Assembly (NCBI GenBank): GCA_951406725.2
Contig: OX597824.1
Span: 65,286,001-65,350,000, forward strand
Length of the DNA stretch: 64,000 bases
Reading direction: 5' to 3'
Source of the DNA: Octopus vulgaris
Lineage: Eukaryota
In this document: piece by piece, positions 26,845 to 41,001 of the stretch
Layout of the letters: every line of letters starts with the position of its first letter
How positions within the stretch are numbered: position 1 is the stretch's first letter
The notes under the pieces: model-generated
Database searches by the model: none
Told to the model about the DNA's origin: nothing
Seen by the model: the letters and a program-made list of their open reading frames with translations, nothing else
Program-made: the position numbers and the translations under genes

Positions 26845-29800
26845 TTATGTTTTCTATTGTATCTGTGTGTTGTTTGTATTTGAGTGCAATTGTTGCTTTG
26901 AATTATGCATGATTATGGGTGTATATTGCATATGTATACATATGTATGTACATTGTGTATGTGTGTGTGTGTATATATATATATATACACACACACATAC
27001 ACGTGTGTGTGTGTGTTGTGCATGTATATGTTTATTTATATGCACACCACCAACACACACATATATATATAATACATGTGGGTATTATGCATATACACAC
27101 TAATACATATGCTAGCAGTATTTTCAATTTATGTATGTGTGTGTTTATTTATGTCTTTTCTCCAATGTAACCTATTCAACTTCTTTGCCATATTTCATGT
27201 GATATAAGACATCATGTGCCTGTCCTTGAGTGCTTCATGTTGCTATGGAGTAAAAGGAACAAAAACGAAAGTAAACAGAAAAATAAACAGACAAATCAAA
27301 TAACCAACCAAGCACATAAAAGCCATGCTTGACTCATCTTTCCAACATGCTGTTCTGCCTTTCCACTTCACATTTTTTAGGCAATTGTCTGCAGATTTCT
27401 CTGTCGTTTTCTGTTTTTCTCTCTTCCATTTAATCATGACAGATGATCATCTTTTTTGACATGTCACTTTATTTGATCCTGCTCCATTCTTCCTGCAACT
27501 TCTCAAACCATTTTATATTCTCTTTCTTAACAAAAGAACTACTTGCCTTGACAAGGAAATCAGTTTGAAATTTCAATTATAAACAGCATTGTTACTGTAG
27601 TTATTTATGATACTGCTGTTTTGTGTGTGTGTATGTATTATTACTAAAAAAAAATTATTATTGTTGTTGTTGCTGTTGCTGTTAATACACTAGTGTTATT
27701 CTTACTGCATGCTTTCATTGCATAAATACTACTTCATTAGTTTTGGTTATGTGGAATTTTGCTGTTGTTATCCATCACTCTGGTGACAAATAAATTAAAT
27801 CCTTATTATTGCTTTCAAATTTCGACAGAAGACCAGCAATTTCAGGGGAGGGGATAAATTGATTACATTGACCCCAGTGCAAAACTGGTACTTATTTTAT
27901 CGACCTTGAAAGGATGAAAGACAAATCAACCTCGGCAAAATTTGAACTCAGAATGTAAGAATGGATAAAATGCTGCTAAAACCATGCCAAAGCAGACACT
28001 TAGAGCCTGGTGCAGCTTTCTGGCTTCTCAGCCCCTGTCAAACTGTCCAATCCATGCAAGCAAGGAAACTGAATGTTAAATGGTGATGATGATGATATAT
28101 ATATATATATATATATATATATCAAGAGGTAAGGAGAGAGAGAGAGAGCTTGTATACCTACCTACTTCCCTCCCTTTCAAGCTACGATCATTTATGCTTC
28201 TCATTGTGTAAAGTGTCAGTAAGTGAGCAAACGCATAAGATCTTGAAATTCCTTTAGGCTGCCTCTCTTGCAATGGTGTCAATAATCATATCCAATACAC
28301 TCTGTAAAGTGGTTGATGTTAGAAAGGGCATCCAGCCCTTAGGTACTAACTAAAAAGTGAAAAAAAATCAAGTGAGCTGTAGTTCTTTTGACAGGTGTTA
28401 GTACACAAAATATCTCTAACATTCTATAGCCCTGTAAATGTGTAAATTTGTACTATATTGTCTTGCTGTACAGTACAATATAATGTTATATTTGTATTCT
28501 TTTATGGCATATAAAGGAAACATTAGTACTTTCAGTTTGATGATGTGATTGATCGAGTTAAACCATTGAAATTGCAATTCAAGTGTAAAAAATCTAGGTT
28601 GAGATGATATTATTCAGAAAGTAGCTAGCTTTGAAAAGTAGGACAGAAGTCAGAAACTTCTATTTTACTTTCATAGTGTATATTACAGCTTGACTGTGAT
28701 TACTTGTCTCACGTAACACTTGGTTGCACTGAAGTGCTTTATTTGCTTTTTGTAACTTCTGTAGAAAGGATAGGTATTCATGCCCTGAAAGATCCATCAG
28801 CTGCTATCATCCACTCCACATGGGACTTGGTATGTCATTACTGCTATGTATAAGCATATGCTGAAGCTGTTATATCTGCAGAGATTCATGAGCAGTTAGC
28901 AGCTGTGGTCTTCCCTTTGTGAATGGCATCCCTCAGCTGGTTCCTTTGACTCGTACAGCAATTCTTGGTGTGCACACCTGGGTTTGCTAAAATTGCAGAA
29001 CACTCATTGTCCTCCATCATCTGGTGAAAAGGTTGAGGCTGGTAGAATGTTCACGTTGCTAAGTAATGTCTACCCACGATAGAGAGTGTGTAGTCTATCT
29101 AGAGAGTTTTCATTTATATGCGTATGTGTGCATATGTTTGTTTTATAGTTTTAGAGCATTGTGTATATGGGTTTTTTATTTATTTATGTGTTCATCACAT
29201 GTAATTGTAGCTTTGTAACTTATGGTGTCTTTGATCTTTTGTTCTGTGAATTGATCAATTGTTTGCAGAGGATATTTATTCTTCTTTTGTAACTCCTTTA
29301 CTCAATGTTGCTTGGGAAATGTAGAATTCATTATGCATTTTTTCTTTTATTTCTGAACAATTTTGCACATCAATGTGATCTACTTTTATAGCAATTTATT
29401 ATTTTATTAAACCCTAGCAGATAAACTCAGCCAATCTTATTAAATGATCAAACAAGTTGTTTCTTATATACAGTACTACTGTATTACCCCCCCCCCCCAC
29501 ACACACACACTTTAAGAATAATGACAAAATTTTATTTGTCAGTGAGTTTGTGAGCCTTTTGAATTAGTAGTTGGAGAAAAATTCTATCACTTCAGAGAAC
29601 AGTGCAAATTTATGTGAAAGTTTGGTTGATTTTAAAAATATTGATGATCTTACACAGAATTTTATTTATTAGTTTGACTTCTTTGCAAAAAAGGAAATGT
29701 TCTTACATAACAGCAAAGTTTAACTGATTTATTCAGATCTTGTAGCATAGAGATTCAGTTAAATGTGGTAGGCCATAGATCTTTTATCTATGGAAAACTA

Positions 29801-31035
29801 CCTTCTGTGTGTTTTGTGAGGCTCTTTAAAAGTTATAGGCTGTCTTGCTTAAACAAATATTTAAAGGAATTGGAGTGAGAAAAATATAAGAATAGAATCC
29901 TGAAAAAGGAAATGTCTGCAATTCAGATCAAACCTGTTTTTATCTTTATATGTATCCATAAATTTCTGCCTAAGTTATTTTAGAGTAGTTTGCATTTAAA
30001 CAAACAATACCTCAGTATTTATTATACAATTTGAAGTACATATATGTCTTGGATAAAATCTATATTCTCTGACCTCTTTGTTGTTTTCTATAGATAAGAA
30101 TTCTTTTTTTTGTATGACTTGTTTGTTTTAAATTGTTTCCTATAAAACATGTATGTGAAATACATTTTGCTTGTGTTTTACTTTGTTGTTCTGTAGTTTG
30201 GGCTTGTGTCATTCATTCATTATTTTACGATTTTCTTGTTTATAACTAGCCATTTAAATTACATCAATATTTTGGACCGCCATGCTGAATAGAAAAGAAA
30301 CCTGTAAGAATTAAGACATGATCATTTTGTTATTAACTACCTGAAAGCCATGCTGTTTTGAATACAAAAGCTAACAGCACTGAATTGACATGATACATTT
30401 AGCTAGATTCATACAAAGTGTTCATGACTATAGCCCATTACTTTCAATGGATCATTTTACCTAGGTCTAACTCATTACTATTTGGTCAGTTCAGTGATGA
30501 AATCTTTCTGTAGGCCTAGAAAAAGTATTGGGAAACCAATTCAGTGTGTCCCTATTTTCAGTGATCTTATAGGATTATAGGGCTAACTGTCAACATACAA
30601 ATGCATATTTATGCAGATGTATGTATATGTGTATTTTAGGACTTATCAGGGAACAGCTGATGGTTTCTTCTCAGTGTGGCAACTACAAGAGAAGTGATGA
30701 GCACATTATACCTGGTATAATAGAGTAAACCTTTCTCAAGGTGTTGTAATCTGCAGTCTACTGGCTGCCAAGAAAACTGCAGCGGAGACTTGTAGACATT
30801 AATATTGTGACGAAAAATATTTATTTTCCTTAGATATATTCCAATTTTTGTATTGATTATTTTTATTTCAAATTGCAAATACACGTCTGTGTGCATGCAT
30901 GCACACACACACACACACACACACACAAACATACACATGTATATACAACAACTGGAACAACAAGCAGTTGTGTGTTGCATCTACATACACATGTAGGCAA
31001 GCATAAAATCAATTATATGCATAACATGGTAAGTA

Positions 31036-32255
31036 CAGGGTGCATCAGATATTTGAGGACAGATTTACGTTTATAAAAAAACATATATAATTACAGATAA
31101 CTTTATTTATCAAAAAATGCTATGAGGATAAAAATAAACCTTTTTTCTATAATGTTATTCAATAAAGCTATCTTCAGCTTTAACAACTACTTCTATATGA
31201 GACCTAAATCATCTACATGCTTGAATCAAGTGGTCTTGATTCATTTTGGACAATATTCTTACTATGGCAGCTTTCATAGAATCTTTGGTGTTATGGGTAT
31301 GTTTATTGACCCCTCTCTCAACAACATTCCACATGTAATAGTCCAATGGATTGAGATCTGGGGAATTAGTGATCATGAAAATTTTCAACCATCCATTCCT
31401 GTGTTACTAGAGCCATGTGCAGAGTCTTACTGAAACTCATATGGCCTTCCATTGCATACACTGTCTATCCAGGGTTTAACAATTATTTCCAGGACATCAA
31501 TGTAGGTGGCAGAGTTAACTCTAAGGCCTTGTGGAAAGAAGTAAGGAAACATGACCTTCATTGCTGACAACCCCTAAAACCATGACAGTTGCTGGAAATT
31601 TTGTATGCATAACACTTGGAACTTCAGAAGTTGTCTGCACATAACCATCTGTCATTTCTTCTGTTAACATTTTGATCGTGGTTGAAGTTTTTCTCATTTG
31701 AGAAAAACTAAATCAAATTTTCTTCTGCTGGATTTTTCAGATTGTTTAAGAGCCTTTTAGATATGATGTAATGATTTTCTTTTACTTTTTCTGACAAACT
31801 GACCTTTCCTTTTCATATAAGACTTATATTTGATGTCTTTATGGACAACATTTCTGATTGTTTCTTCTGACAGGGAGATCTTTTGCAATTTACTCCATGG
31901 ACTTTCTGAGATTGTAATCAATGGTCTGTTGAACTTGATGGATAAATTCAGGTGTTCTGATGATTTCAGAGCATTTAGAATGCTTTTTTACTTTGATACT
32001 GGTGATATGTTTCCATCTTCAGTATCTAGCTCCTTACAAACTCTGTAAACGAAAGATCTGGCAACTTTTAAGACTCGAGATATTTCTAAATCATTATGTT
32101 CAGGCTTTATAACCACAATAACAGCATGTCTCTTCATTTCTTGTGTAACCTGAGCGTCTGCCTTTATTATTTTCTGAAACAAAGATTATACAGAGTTAAC
32201 AAAAAATGCAGCAATGACCCCAAAAAGTATATCCTCAAATACCTTACACACTCTG
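31036..32255 (-). mobile_element. Tc1/mariner (maT/DD37D-like) transposon, degenerate
   Basis: TA|CAGGGTGCATCAGATATTTGAGGA ... TCCTCAAATACCTTACACACTCTG|TA. The minus strand gives an N-terminal HTH (MKRHAVIV...EISRVLKVARSFVYRV), FQ*DSA and NSPDLNPLDYYMW. The D-D spacing is disrupted by a deletion, so the subfamily is uncertain. Confidence 0.88.
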
Positions 32256-33124
32256 TACATACAATTGTATTTTGTATTTACTCGGACTCACATGCACACA
32301 TACACCCCCAGACATAATATATATTCATTATTATTACTTTATACATTCATATGAAATTAAATGTCTCTATCACCAGAGGAAAATGGTGTAATAAACACCC
32401 ATTCTCTCCTCACCCAGTAAAGACACAGGGTTAAGATAGAAAATTATTTGGGTTTTAGAGCTCCTATATATAATACATTTTGGAGTTTAACATTTGGCAA
32501 GAGGATTTAATGTCATCATACATTAGTACATACTTTGAACTTGAGCCTGTCTAAATACCAGACGTTTATTGAATGCATAGCCTAAATTCCATGCATTAAT
32601 TAGCATTTTTATAATGAATTAAAAATCAATTGCTTTTTATATTTAATAATTAATATTTATAGTCTGGCTGCTAATGCTTCCTTTACCCACCTAGCTAACA
32701 ATCCTTGGTATTTATATATATGCTTATATGTCCACACATACACAGATATGGGAAATCCCTTGTCATTCATTATTAATCGTATATCTGACTCAAACATAAA
32801 ACCATATCACTTTCCATACATGCTTGTCAATGTTAACTTAAGCTTTGACCCTGTTGCTTAGCAGTGGAACTGTGAAATTGTGAAGAAAAAAAAATAAACA
32901 CCTTATTCTTCCTCCTACCCATGCAAATTTTTTACTGGTTAATGAATTGTTTGGTAGCTATAGTTTCTAGGTAAGGACTGGAAAGCTATGTCTGCTCCTA
33001 ATGAGAGATAATATATGTTCAGTTGACTATCGTCATCTAGGTTTCCCTGCTGTTAATATTAACTTGAGATTTAGTCATTGTTAGTATTATTATTGCCAAA
33101 AAGAATGAAATATTTTCTATCCTA

Positions 33125-33495
33125 TATCTTTTACATGTTTTAGTTATTGAACTGTGGCCATGCTGGAGTATTGTCTTGAAGGGTTTTAGTTGAACAAATC
33201 AACCCCAGTACTTTTTTTAAAGCTTTTTATTTATTCTATGGTTTCTTATGCTAAACTACTAAGTTGCAGGGACATGAATAAACCAACACTAGTTGTAAAG
33301 TGGTAGTTGTAAGGAGGGGGCAGTAAACATAAACATAAAGACACACATGCATAGATGTATATATCTTGTATAAATATATATAGCTTCTGTCTACCAAATC
33401 CACTCAGAAGGCTTTGATTGGCCCATGGCTATAGTAGAAGACACCTGTCTAAGATGTCACACAGTGGGGGCTGAACATGTGGTTGGGAGGCAAGC
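33125..33495 (-). mobile_element. SINE family A copy
   Basis: actgtggccatgctggag...ctaccaaatccactc...gctatagtagaagacac. Confidence 0.8.
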
Positions 33496-33546
33496 ATGCG
33501 TACACATCATGCATGTGCACACAGACAGACAGACAGACAGACACAT

Positions 33547-33588
<42 letters not shown>

Positions 33589-34170
33589 TTTGGTGTTTAC
33601 TTGACAAAGATAACCCTGTTTTGATTCTAAGTTTGAATATGTTGGCTTAGGAATATATTCATAGCTAGCTCATTTTCTTAGAATTAAATTAGGATTAACT
33701 CTGTAAACAAGTTACCAAACAAAGAATATAAGACACACTGCTTCCTGAAAAGCCAAATATTGTTGTTTTTTATCCTGTGTTTCATCATCATCATGGTTTT
33801 AATATCTACTTGTCCATTCTTGCATTGGCCAGATAAAATTTCACTGAGGTAGAGTTTTTTATGGCTGGCTGCCCCTTCCTGTTGCTAACCCTAACCTTAC
33901 TGCATGCTAATAAATTACAACAGTCTTTCAATCAATGAATGGTTCAAATATACTTTTGTGTAGGATTGCAGACAAATGACTGCATAAATGGTGAGGCATT
34001 GTGTACAATTTGCACGAGGAATACTCAGTCAGTCACACACAAACCTGTATGCACACACTAAAGCTTCTTCCAGTTTTTGCTCACTAAGTTTCACTCACAA
34101 GTTAATGGGCAGCCTACATCTATATAAAGGCTATCTGGCTGATATTGGCCATGTAGTGGTATACATACAT

Positions 34171-34555
34171 GTTGGCACTCTGTTGGTTACGACGACGACG
34201 AGGGTTCCAGTTGATCTTTTCAATGGAACAGCCTGCTTGTGAAATTAACATGCATGTGGCTGAGCATTCCACAGACACGTGTACCCTTAACGTAGTTCTC
34301 ATGGGAGATTCAGTGTGACACATAGTGTGACAAGGCTGGCCCTTTGAAATACAAGTACAACAGAAACAGGAAGATAGAGTGAGAGAAAGTTGTGGTGAAA
34401 GAGTACAGCAGGGTTCACCACCACCCCCTGCTGGAGCTTCATGGAGCTTTAGGTGTTTTCGTTCAATAAACACTCGCAACGCCCAGTCTGGGAATCGAAA
34501 CCACGATCCTACAACTGCGAGTCTGCTGCCCTAACCACTGGGCCATTGTGCCTCC
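34171..34555 (-). mobile_element. tRNA-derived SINE family B, well preserved
   Basis: Minus-strand head GGAGGCACAATGGCCCAGTGGTTAGGGCAGC...GGTTTCGATTCCC with A-box-like and B-box-like motifs; CpGs largely intact. Confidence 0.85.
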
Positions 34556-35902
34556 ACATGCATGCATGCATGCATGCATACATGCATACATACATACATA
34601 CATACATACATACATACATACATACATACATACATACATACATACATACATACGTACATGTGTGTGTGTATAGACATTGTATAGCTCTTGAGTAATTTGA
34701 AATTTGCATAACTTAAAATTGCACAAGGAATTTGATTTGTAATGGTCCTCCTCTATCTATGAATGTGTGTGTATGTGTGGTTTTGCTATGGTATAGCAAT
34801 AGCAGACACTACTATCTTCCACTAAACACTATAACACCTGAAAGGACCAATATCAAAAGTAGATTAGTCAGTGTTAAGTACTCAATATCTCTAACATAGT
34901 GGACTATCCTGTTTGGAAGTATGTTATCATTGTTAGGATGAAGTATAGTATTATGTTTATTTAAGCTTTTCTTTTACAATCCACTATTTCACTCCAGACT
35001 ACCTTTGAAAGCTACAAGGTCAATGTTCACTTTCTCTCTTTCTACCCCCATCCCTCCCAACATATGTTGGCAATGGAGGCTTCTGATTGGCTAAAATTAC
35101 GTAACTTTCAGTGCTTGTAACTTTTTTATTGTTAATTTCTAGAGAAAAATGAATATAATTTTTGTCATCAGCATGCAAAAGTACATCGGTATAGATAATT
35201 CGAAATAATTCTAGTGGTTGGAAGAATTTTAAGAAGATTTAATCTGTATTTCCATATCTTGCAATAAATAACGTTCAGTAGCAACAAGGCAGTTACAAAC
35301 ATCTGGAAAAAAAAAAAAAAAAAGAAACCCCATTTCAGTACAAAATCTTTTACTGGTGAGAATAACACACTCTACTGAGTGTTATAAATCATTTGACCGA
35401 ATCAAGCTGTTTAATTAGGTAGATGAAATAAACAAAAGAGATAAGTGTGGTAAGTGTGTGTGTGTGTGTGAGGGGAATGCAACTCTAAAGTATGCTAAAA
35501 GTCTCAGAACTCCTCAGATGTTAATAGATTCCATTAGAAATGGAGTTAAACACACTGGAAAGCAAATATACAATCTATTTATGTTTCATTGTTAATGGTC
35601 TTCCTCTCCACTCCTAAAGGTTTGGGTTAATGGCTTATAATTGAACAAGAAATGGATTTGATCAAATTGTTGATTACTGGTGGGAGATATTTGCAATGGA
35701 ATTGTTTGAGTTGTTGTTGATGAAGTTACTGCTGTTGTTAAAAAATACTGCTTGGTATTTTTTAAAGGTTACTGCTGCTTGTTTTCATAGTTACAACTAC
35801 AGGTGCTATACAGTTTTTGTTGTACAATTATCCTGTATGTGTGTATATGTATAATACACATATCTTGTGAATGAAATTTAAAAGACAAAAACTAAAATAA
35901 AC

Positions 35903-35950
<48 letters not shown>

Positions 35951-37971
35951 TTATTCCTCTATGTTTTCATGTGTGCACTGATTTTAAACAAAGGTTCACC
36001 ATTCATAGAAATGGTGTCATTTGCTTGCAGTCCTCCACAAAAGCATGTCTGGTCTGTTCATTGTTTGGTAGACTGTGGTAATTATTACTTTGAATTAAGA
36101 TTAGGATTGGTTCTGGTAGCTTAAGAGGTCATGATGGTTATCGCTGAAGACAGCAATGTTAACACCAGTGGTCATCAGGCTATTATAGTGTTTGGTGGAA
36201 GATTGCAGTGTTTGCTATTGCTATAAAAGTGATAGTAGATACAGTTGATGTTATGAGGATGCTGTCTTTGTTGAATCCCAAGTGTGTCCTGATTGAGATG
36301 GCCTATGGCTGACAGCATGTCAAATGTAGCTATCTGGTCTTATTTCTAGACAGTATACCAAGGACTACGTTATTCAACATCTTGCTTTCTTTATGTCAGT
36401 AGGCAAGGCTGGGACAAGAAAGTGCAGGATCCAATTAGAGAATTGTGAGGCCTTCTCCTCGACAAAAGCTGAAGACTGATGTTTTATGCTTTGTGTTGTA
36501 TGCTATTCCCAGCCAAAAAACGTTGAGGGCTTGATATACTAAAAATTCATTGTAACATCCTCTGTTCAAGAGTGTGTGTGGAGCCCGTTCTTGGTGTGGG
36601 TCTCAGTTTGAATAAATCTGTCTAATTGGCTTAAAACTGAACCTGTTATAGGTTGCCATTTTGCTGTTATTTCTGCAGCTTCTTGTTAGTGATGATGTCA
36701 GTGCAATGGTAATGGTGGTAGTGGTGGTTGTTGTTGTATTTTTGATGGTGATGATGATATTGTTGGTAGTGTTAAAGGTGATTGATGCTGTAAATGTTTG
36801 TTGCTGAGGAAGTAATTGCTAGTGTTAGTGATGAAAGACAGTGTTTGTATTCATAATGATGGTGTTAGTGGTAAAGCAATGGCAATGTTAATAGTGAGAC
36901 TGTGTGGAATTTTATTTAGATATTTTTTTCCCCCATTGATATCTTTAGGAAATTACTTCATGTCTTTGTTCTATCATCTGACAGCTAGAAGGATGCTGGT
37001 TACTTTTCTGATGATAATCAAATTTTCTAACTAGAAATCTGTGCTGGGTTGATAGTGGCGATGTATTCAGGAAATGTCTATTCCCTAGAAATGTATACAA
37101 GTTGTGATAAAGAAACACTTTCTGGGGGTTTGTTTTCTTTTATTTATTCATATTCTTCTTTGCTTTCATGATAGGTTTCTCTCTTTCTCTTTCACTTCCT
37201 TTCTTACTTTCCTCTTGTACTCATCGTGTGTGTGTGTGTGTGTATGTGTATGTGGCTGTATAGAGACATACAAACATGCACACACACATACAAACACATA
37301 CATACACACACACACACACATATAAACACACATACACAATTGAGTATCATTTAAAAAAATATTTTTTCTTCATCTGATGACACCTTTCTTTTCTCTCTCT
37401 CGCTCTCTCTCTCACACACACACACACACCATCTCTCTTTGTCTCTAACCTACTCTGTCTCTCTCACTGTCTCTCCCCTTCCTTTGTCTTCCTCTTGTGC
37501 TTGCATGTATACATGTGTTTACGCCTGTGTGTTAAAAGAAATATATTTTCATAGCTGTGTGAGAATATCCAGAAAAGAAGCCAAATAAATGAACAACAAA
37601 AAAATTTTAAAGCAAAACAAAAAGAGAAAAATAAAGAAAATACAGAGAAACCTGTTGGATTGTAGATACATTACAGTCAATTAACTGTCACACAAAAACC
37701 TATTAGCTAGAGAATCTCTGCTTCTTCTACAATAGTTCTTGATATTACTTGTATACTCACTATAGTCTTATCACACAGTTTACAGCTAGTTCATTGTGAA
37801 ATTATTATGTGTATTAGAGAGACTTCTGGCAGGTGGTGTGTCTGGTTTTGTTTAGTCCCATGTCAGCCCTGGCTGAATATACTTGTCATCAACAATTTTG
37901 AACCAGTGACCATCCTGTCCTTCTTTTCTGCATATTCATACTAACACTGTATGGATTATTATTCTCTAATA

Positions 37972-38507
37972 CAGTGGCTCTCGACCATTTTCACCTATAG
38001 ACCCTTTTGATTCCTATTTTACTCAGCTGGACCTCCACCATAGCCATTTGATGCTTTAAAAAATTCTGTTATATTTCTATAGTTAAATATTAGAAATTGT
38101 ATAAAAGATTGTTAAAATATTTTGTGCATTGTAGAAGAATACAGTGACCCCTCATTTATCGTGGTAGATTGGTTCCGGGACCAGCCGCGATAACTGAATT
38201 TCCGTGAAGTAGGGACACCATATTTACAGTATTTATTTAACGTGTATTTGGATTTTTAAAACCCTCCCTGTACTGTTAACAACCCACCTATTACAGTAGT
38301 CTATTAATAACAAGGACAACTGTTAAGCAATAACACTTTAGATTAAAAAAAATAAAGATTGTTACTGTTACACAGGCCAGAGTACAAAATAGAAAGCTGT
38401 AATTCGTCATCTCTCTCCATTGCTCATAATTTATTGCTCATAAATTTTTATGACAAGCTCTTATATGGACCCACAAGGGTCATATGGATTCCAGTTGAGG
38501 ATCACAG
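37972..38507. mobile_element. hAT-Charlie-type MITE with a nested insertion
   Basis: CAGTGGCTCTCGAC ... GTTGAGGATCACAG termini; flanks ctctaata / ctctagaa fit the Charlie NTCTAGAN target. Confidence 0.75.
38142..38400. mobile_element. Tigger/pogo-like (TcMar) terminal fragment nested in the Charlie MITE
   Basis: TA|CAGTGACCCCTCATTTATCGTGG...CCGCGATAACTGAATTTCCGTGAAGTAG is a typical Tigger-like end with high CpG; no matching right TIR was found. Confidence 0.6.
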
Positions 38508-38880
38508 CTCTAGAATATCCTGGCCTGCATTGTTTAATTTGTCCTTCCACTTAAAAGATAACATGGTGTGGTTTTAAGGAAATTTGGCTACTATTTTAAG
38601 CAGGTAATGCAGCTGCATAAAAACTTTCTTATTGGGAATGGTAAAATCTCCTTTGTTAACAACATTTCTCTTGAAATTCAGTCTTTGTTTCAATTAATTT
38701 TAAAGATAGTGAAGAATTTAGTAAAATAATTTTGTCATTATTAAGCTGGTGTTTGGATCAACTTAACATGAAATTTTGATGGAAGATTTAATTTAGATCA
38801 CTTTAAGGCAGGAAATTTATATCAGAATGAGAGGCACTCCCAGTCTCAGGTAGGTTGGTATCAAAAGTGTTAAGGCTTAT

Positions 38881-39290
38881 TTTACTCTTTTACTTGTTTC
38901 AGTCATTTGACTGTGGCTATGCTGGTGCACCGCCTTAAGTCGAGCAAATCGGTCCCAGGACCTATTCTTTGTAAGCCTAGTACTTATTCTATCGGTCTCT
39001 TTTGCTGAACCACTAAGTGACGGGGACCTAAACACACCAGCATCAGTTGTCAAGCGATGTTGGGGGGACAAACACAGACACACAAACATACACACAAACA
39101 CACACACACACACATACCTATATATATATACATATATATGACGGGCTTCTTTCAGTTTCCGTCTACCAAATCCACTCACAAGGCTTTGGTCAGCCTGAGG
39201 CTATAGTAGAAGACACTTGCCCAAGATGCCACACAGTGGGACTGAACCCGGAACTGTGTGGTTCGTAAGCAAGCTACTTACCACACAGCC
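38881..39290 (-). mobile_element. SINE family A copy (young)
   Basis: Near-identical to 52885-53302. Confidence 0.92.
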
Positions 39291-40700
39291 TGTTAAAATG
39301 TTTGGCTGCAAGCTAATATTTTTTAAACATGGCTTCCAATGTATTATATTGCTCTGTTGTTATATTATCTGGAAATAAGTATGTATGACCTCATGGACAC
39401 CATACAAATTTTATTAATTACAAATTCATATTTCATTGTTTGTGCTTCATTACATCACTAAGTTACTTAACTCTATTTAATTTTAAACTTCAAAAAAAAA
39501 AAAAAGTGTTTCATTAGAGGTGTTCCAAAACCTAAATGACTTTGGTGTAACATTTAAGTTTTTTTTTAAATATTTGAAGTAGAATTTAGCCCTGATTTGA
39601 AAAACTAATAAATTATCTTATTTTAGTTTCAAAGAAATTATTATTTTATTTGGAAGGTCTTCCTTATTTGTTCAGTTTCATTTCACACACTGTTTTGGAA
39701 TATGTTGAGAATTAGTGCTGAACTATTGGTTGAAGATTCTGCTTGATACTAAGTAAATATCTGGAGGGGCAGAACTGTTAGAATGTTGGTCAACATACTT
39801 ATGATATTTAGTTACAATCCTTTACATTCTTAGTTCAAATCACAGAGAGGCCAATTTTGCCTTGCATTCTTCTGGAGTTGATGAAATAAAGTTGCATTAA
39901 GGATAATTTAATATTCCTGTAAAGCATCCAAGATGTAAATGGTATTATGATAGACTATGTAGAAGATGCTTTGTGTGATCCTAGGGAAAGAAAGATATTT
40001 GACTCTAAAAGCTGTAAATAGATAGGTGCAGCCTACAGCTGTGAATAAGAGAAAGTGACTCATAGCTCTGATGGTTTATATTAAAAGTATTTGGTTACTT
40101 TATAACACAGAGTTCAAACCCTCCTGTTGGCCTTCAAAAAGCAATAGAAAATCACTATAGTGTATTTTCCCTTAAATCCTTTCATGAACAGGACATTTTC
40201 AATAGTATCCCAATTACTCTAAGGGTTGATATTGTTATCACTAAACTTTAAGGTGACTCTGGAATCTTTTTAGCTATTGACATTCTCTAGCTTTACATTT
40301 TTATCGCAGCAAGGTAATGGATGTTGAGAAAATGAATAGAAAAAATGGATATTGAGAGAATGAGAAAAAATAGAACCAAGGAAGCAAAAAAACAAAACAA
40401 GATAATTGGAAAAAAAGAGGCACCTTGAGTTATATATTATTGGATCAAATCATTGCATTTCAACACTAAAAAACTGGCAGGAAATCAAATATGTAAAGTT
40501 GAGATGTGCAGACATGGCCTGTGGTTAACAAGTATGTTTACTAACCACGTGGTTTTGAGTTCAGACCCACCTCGGACATGCCTTCTACTAACAGAAGAGT
40601 GTGGTGGATTTGGTAGATGGAAACTGAATGAAGCATGTCGTGTATACATACATATGTGTATGTGTATGCATCTACATGCATGTATGTGAGTGTGTGTGTG

Positions 40701-41001
40701 TGATACCTCTTGTGAATGCTCTGGGATGTTTCTGGGGTCTTGGGGGTTTTCAGGTCTTCAACATCAAACCTCCTCACCCAGCTGAATCTGCCAGGATTCA
40801 TCAAATCTCAGCTTGCATCCCAGTAGCAACAAACCACTGGTCTGTTCCCTTTATCCAAAGTCACCTAGTGGCCTTCCCTGCAACTTCAGTGATGGAATTT
40901 ATAGCCCTCTTCTTTGTTGTACCAGTAACTCCAAACCCAGTCACGGCTTTGCATAATAAATGCCCCACAAAACCTTGGCGGTCCACTTCAATTGCTTCGT
41001 A
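40701..41001 (-). mobile_element. HERO-type (R2-group, RLE) non-LTR retrotransposon 3' end
   Basis: The minus strand reads YEAIEVDRQGFVGHLLCKAVTGFGVTGTTKKRAINSITEVAGKATR*LWIKGTDQW, like the HERO C-terminus (PIEVGCRGF...KRRAI..I.EAAEKA.RWLWIK). It is followed by a 3'UTR with gatgttgaagacctgaaaacccc. Confidence 0.75.
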
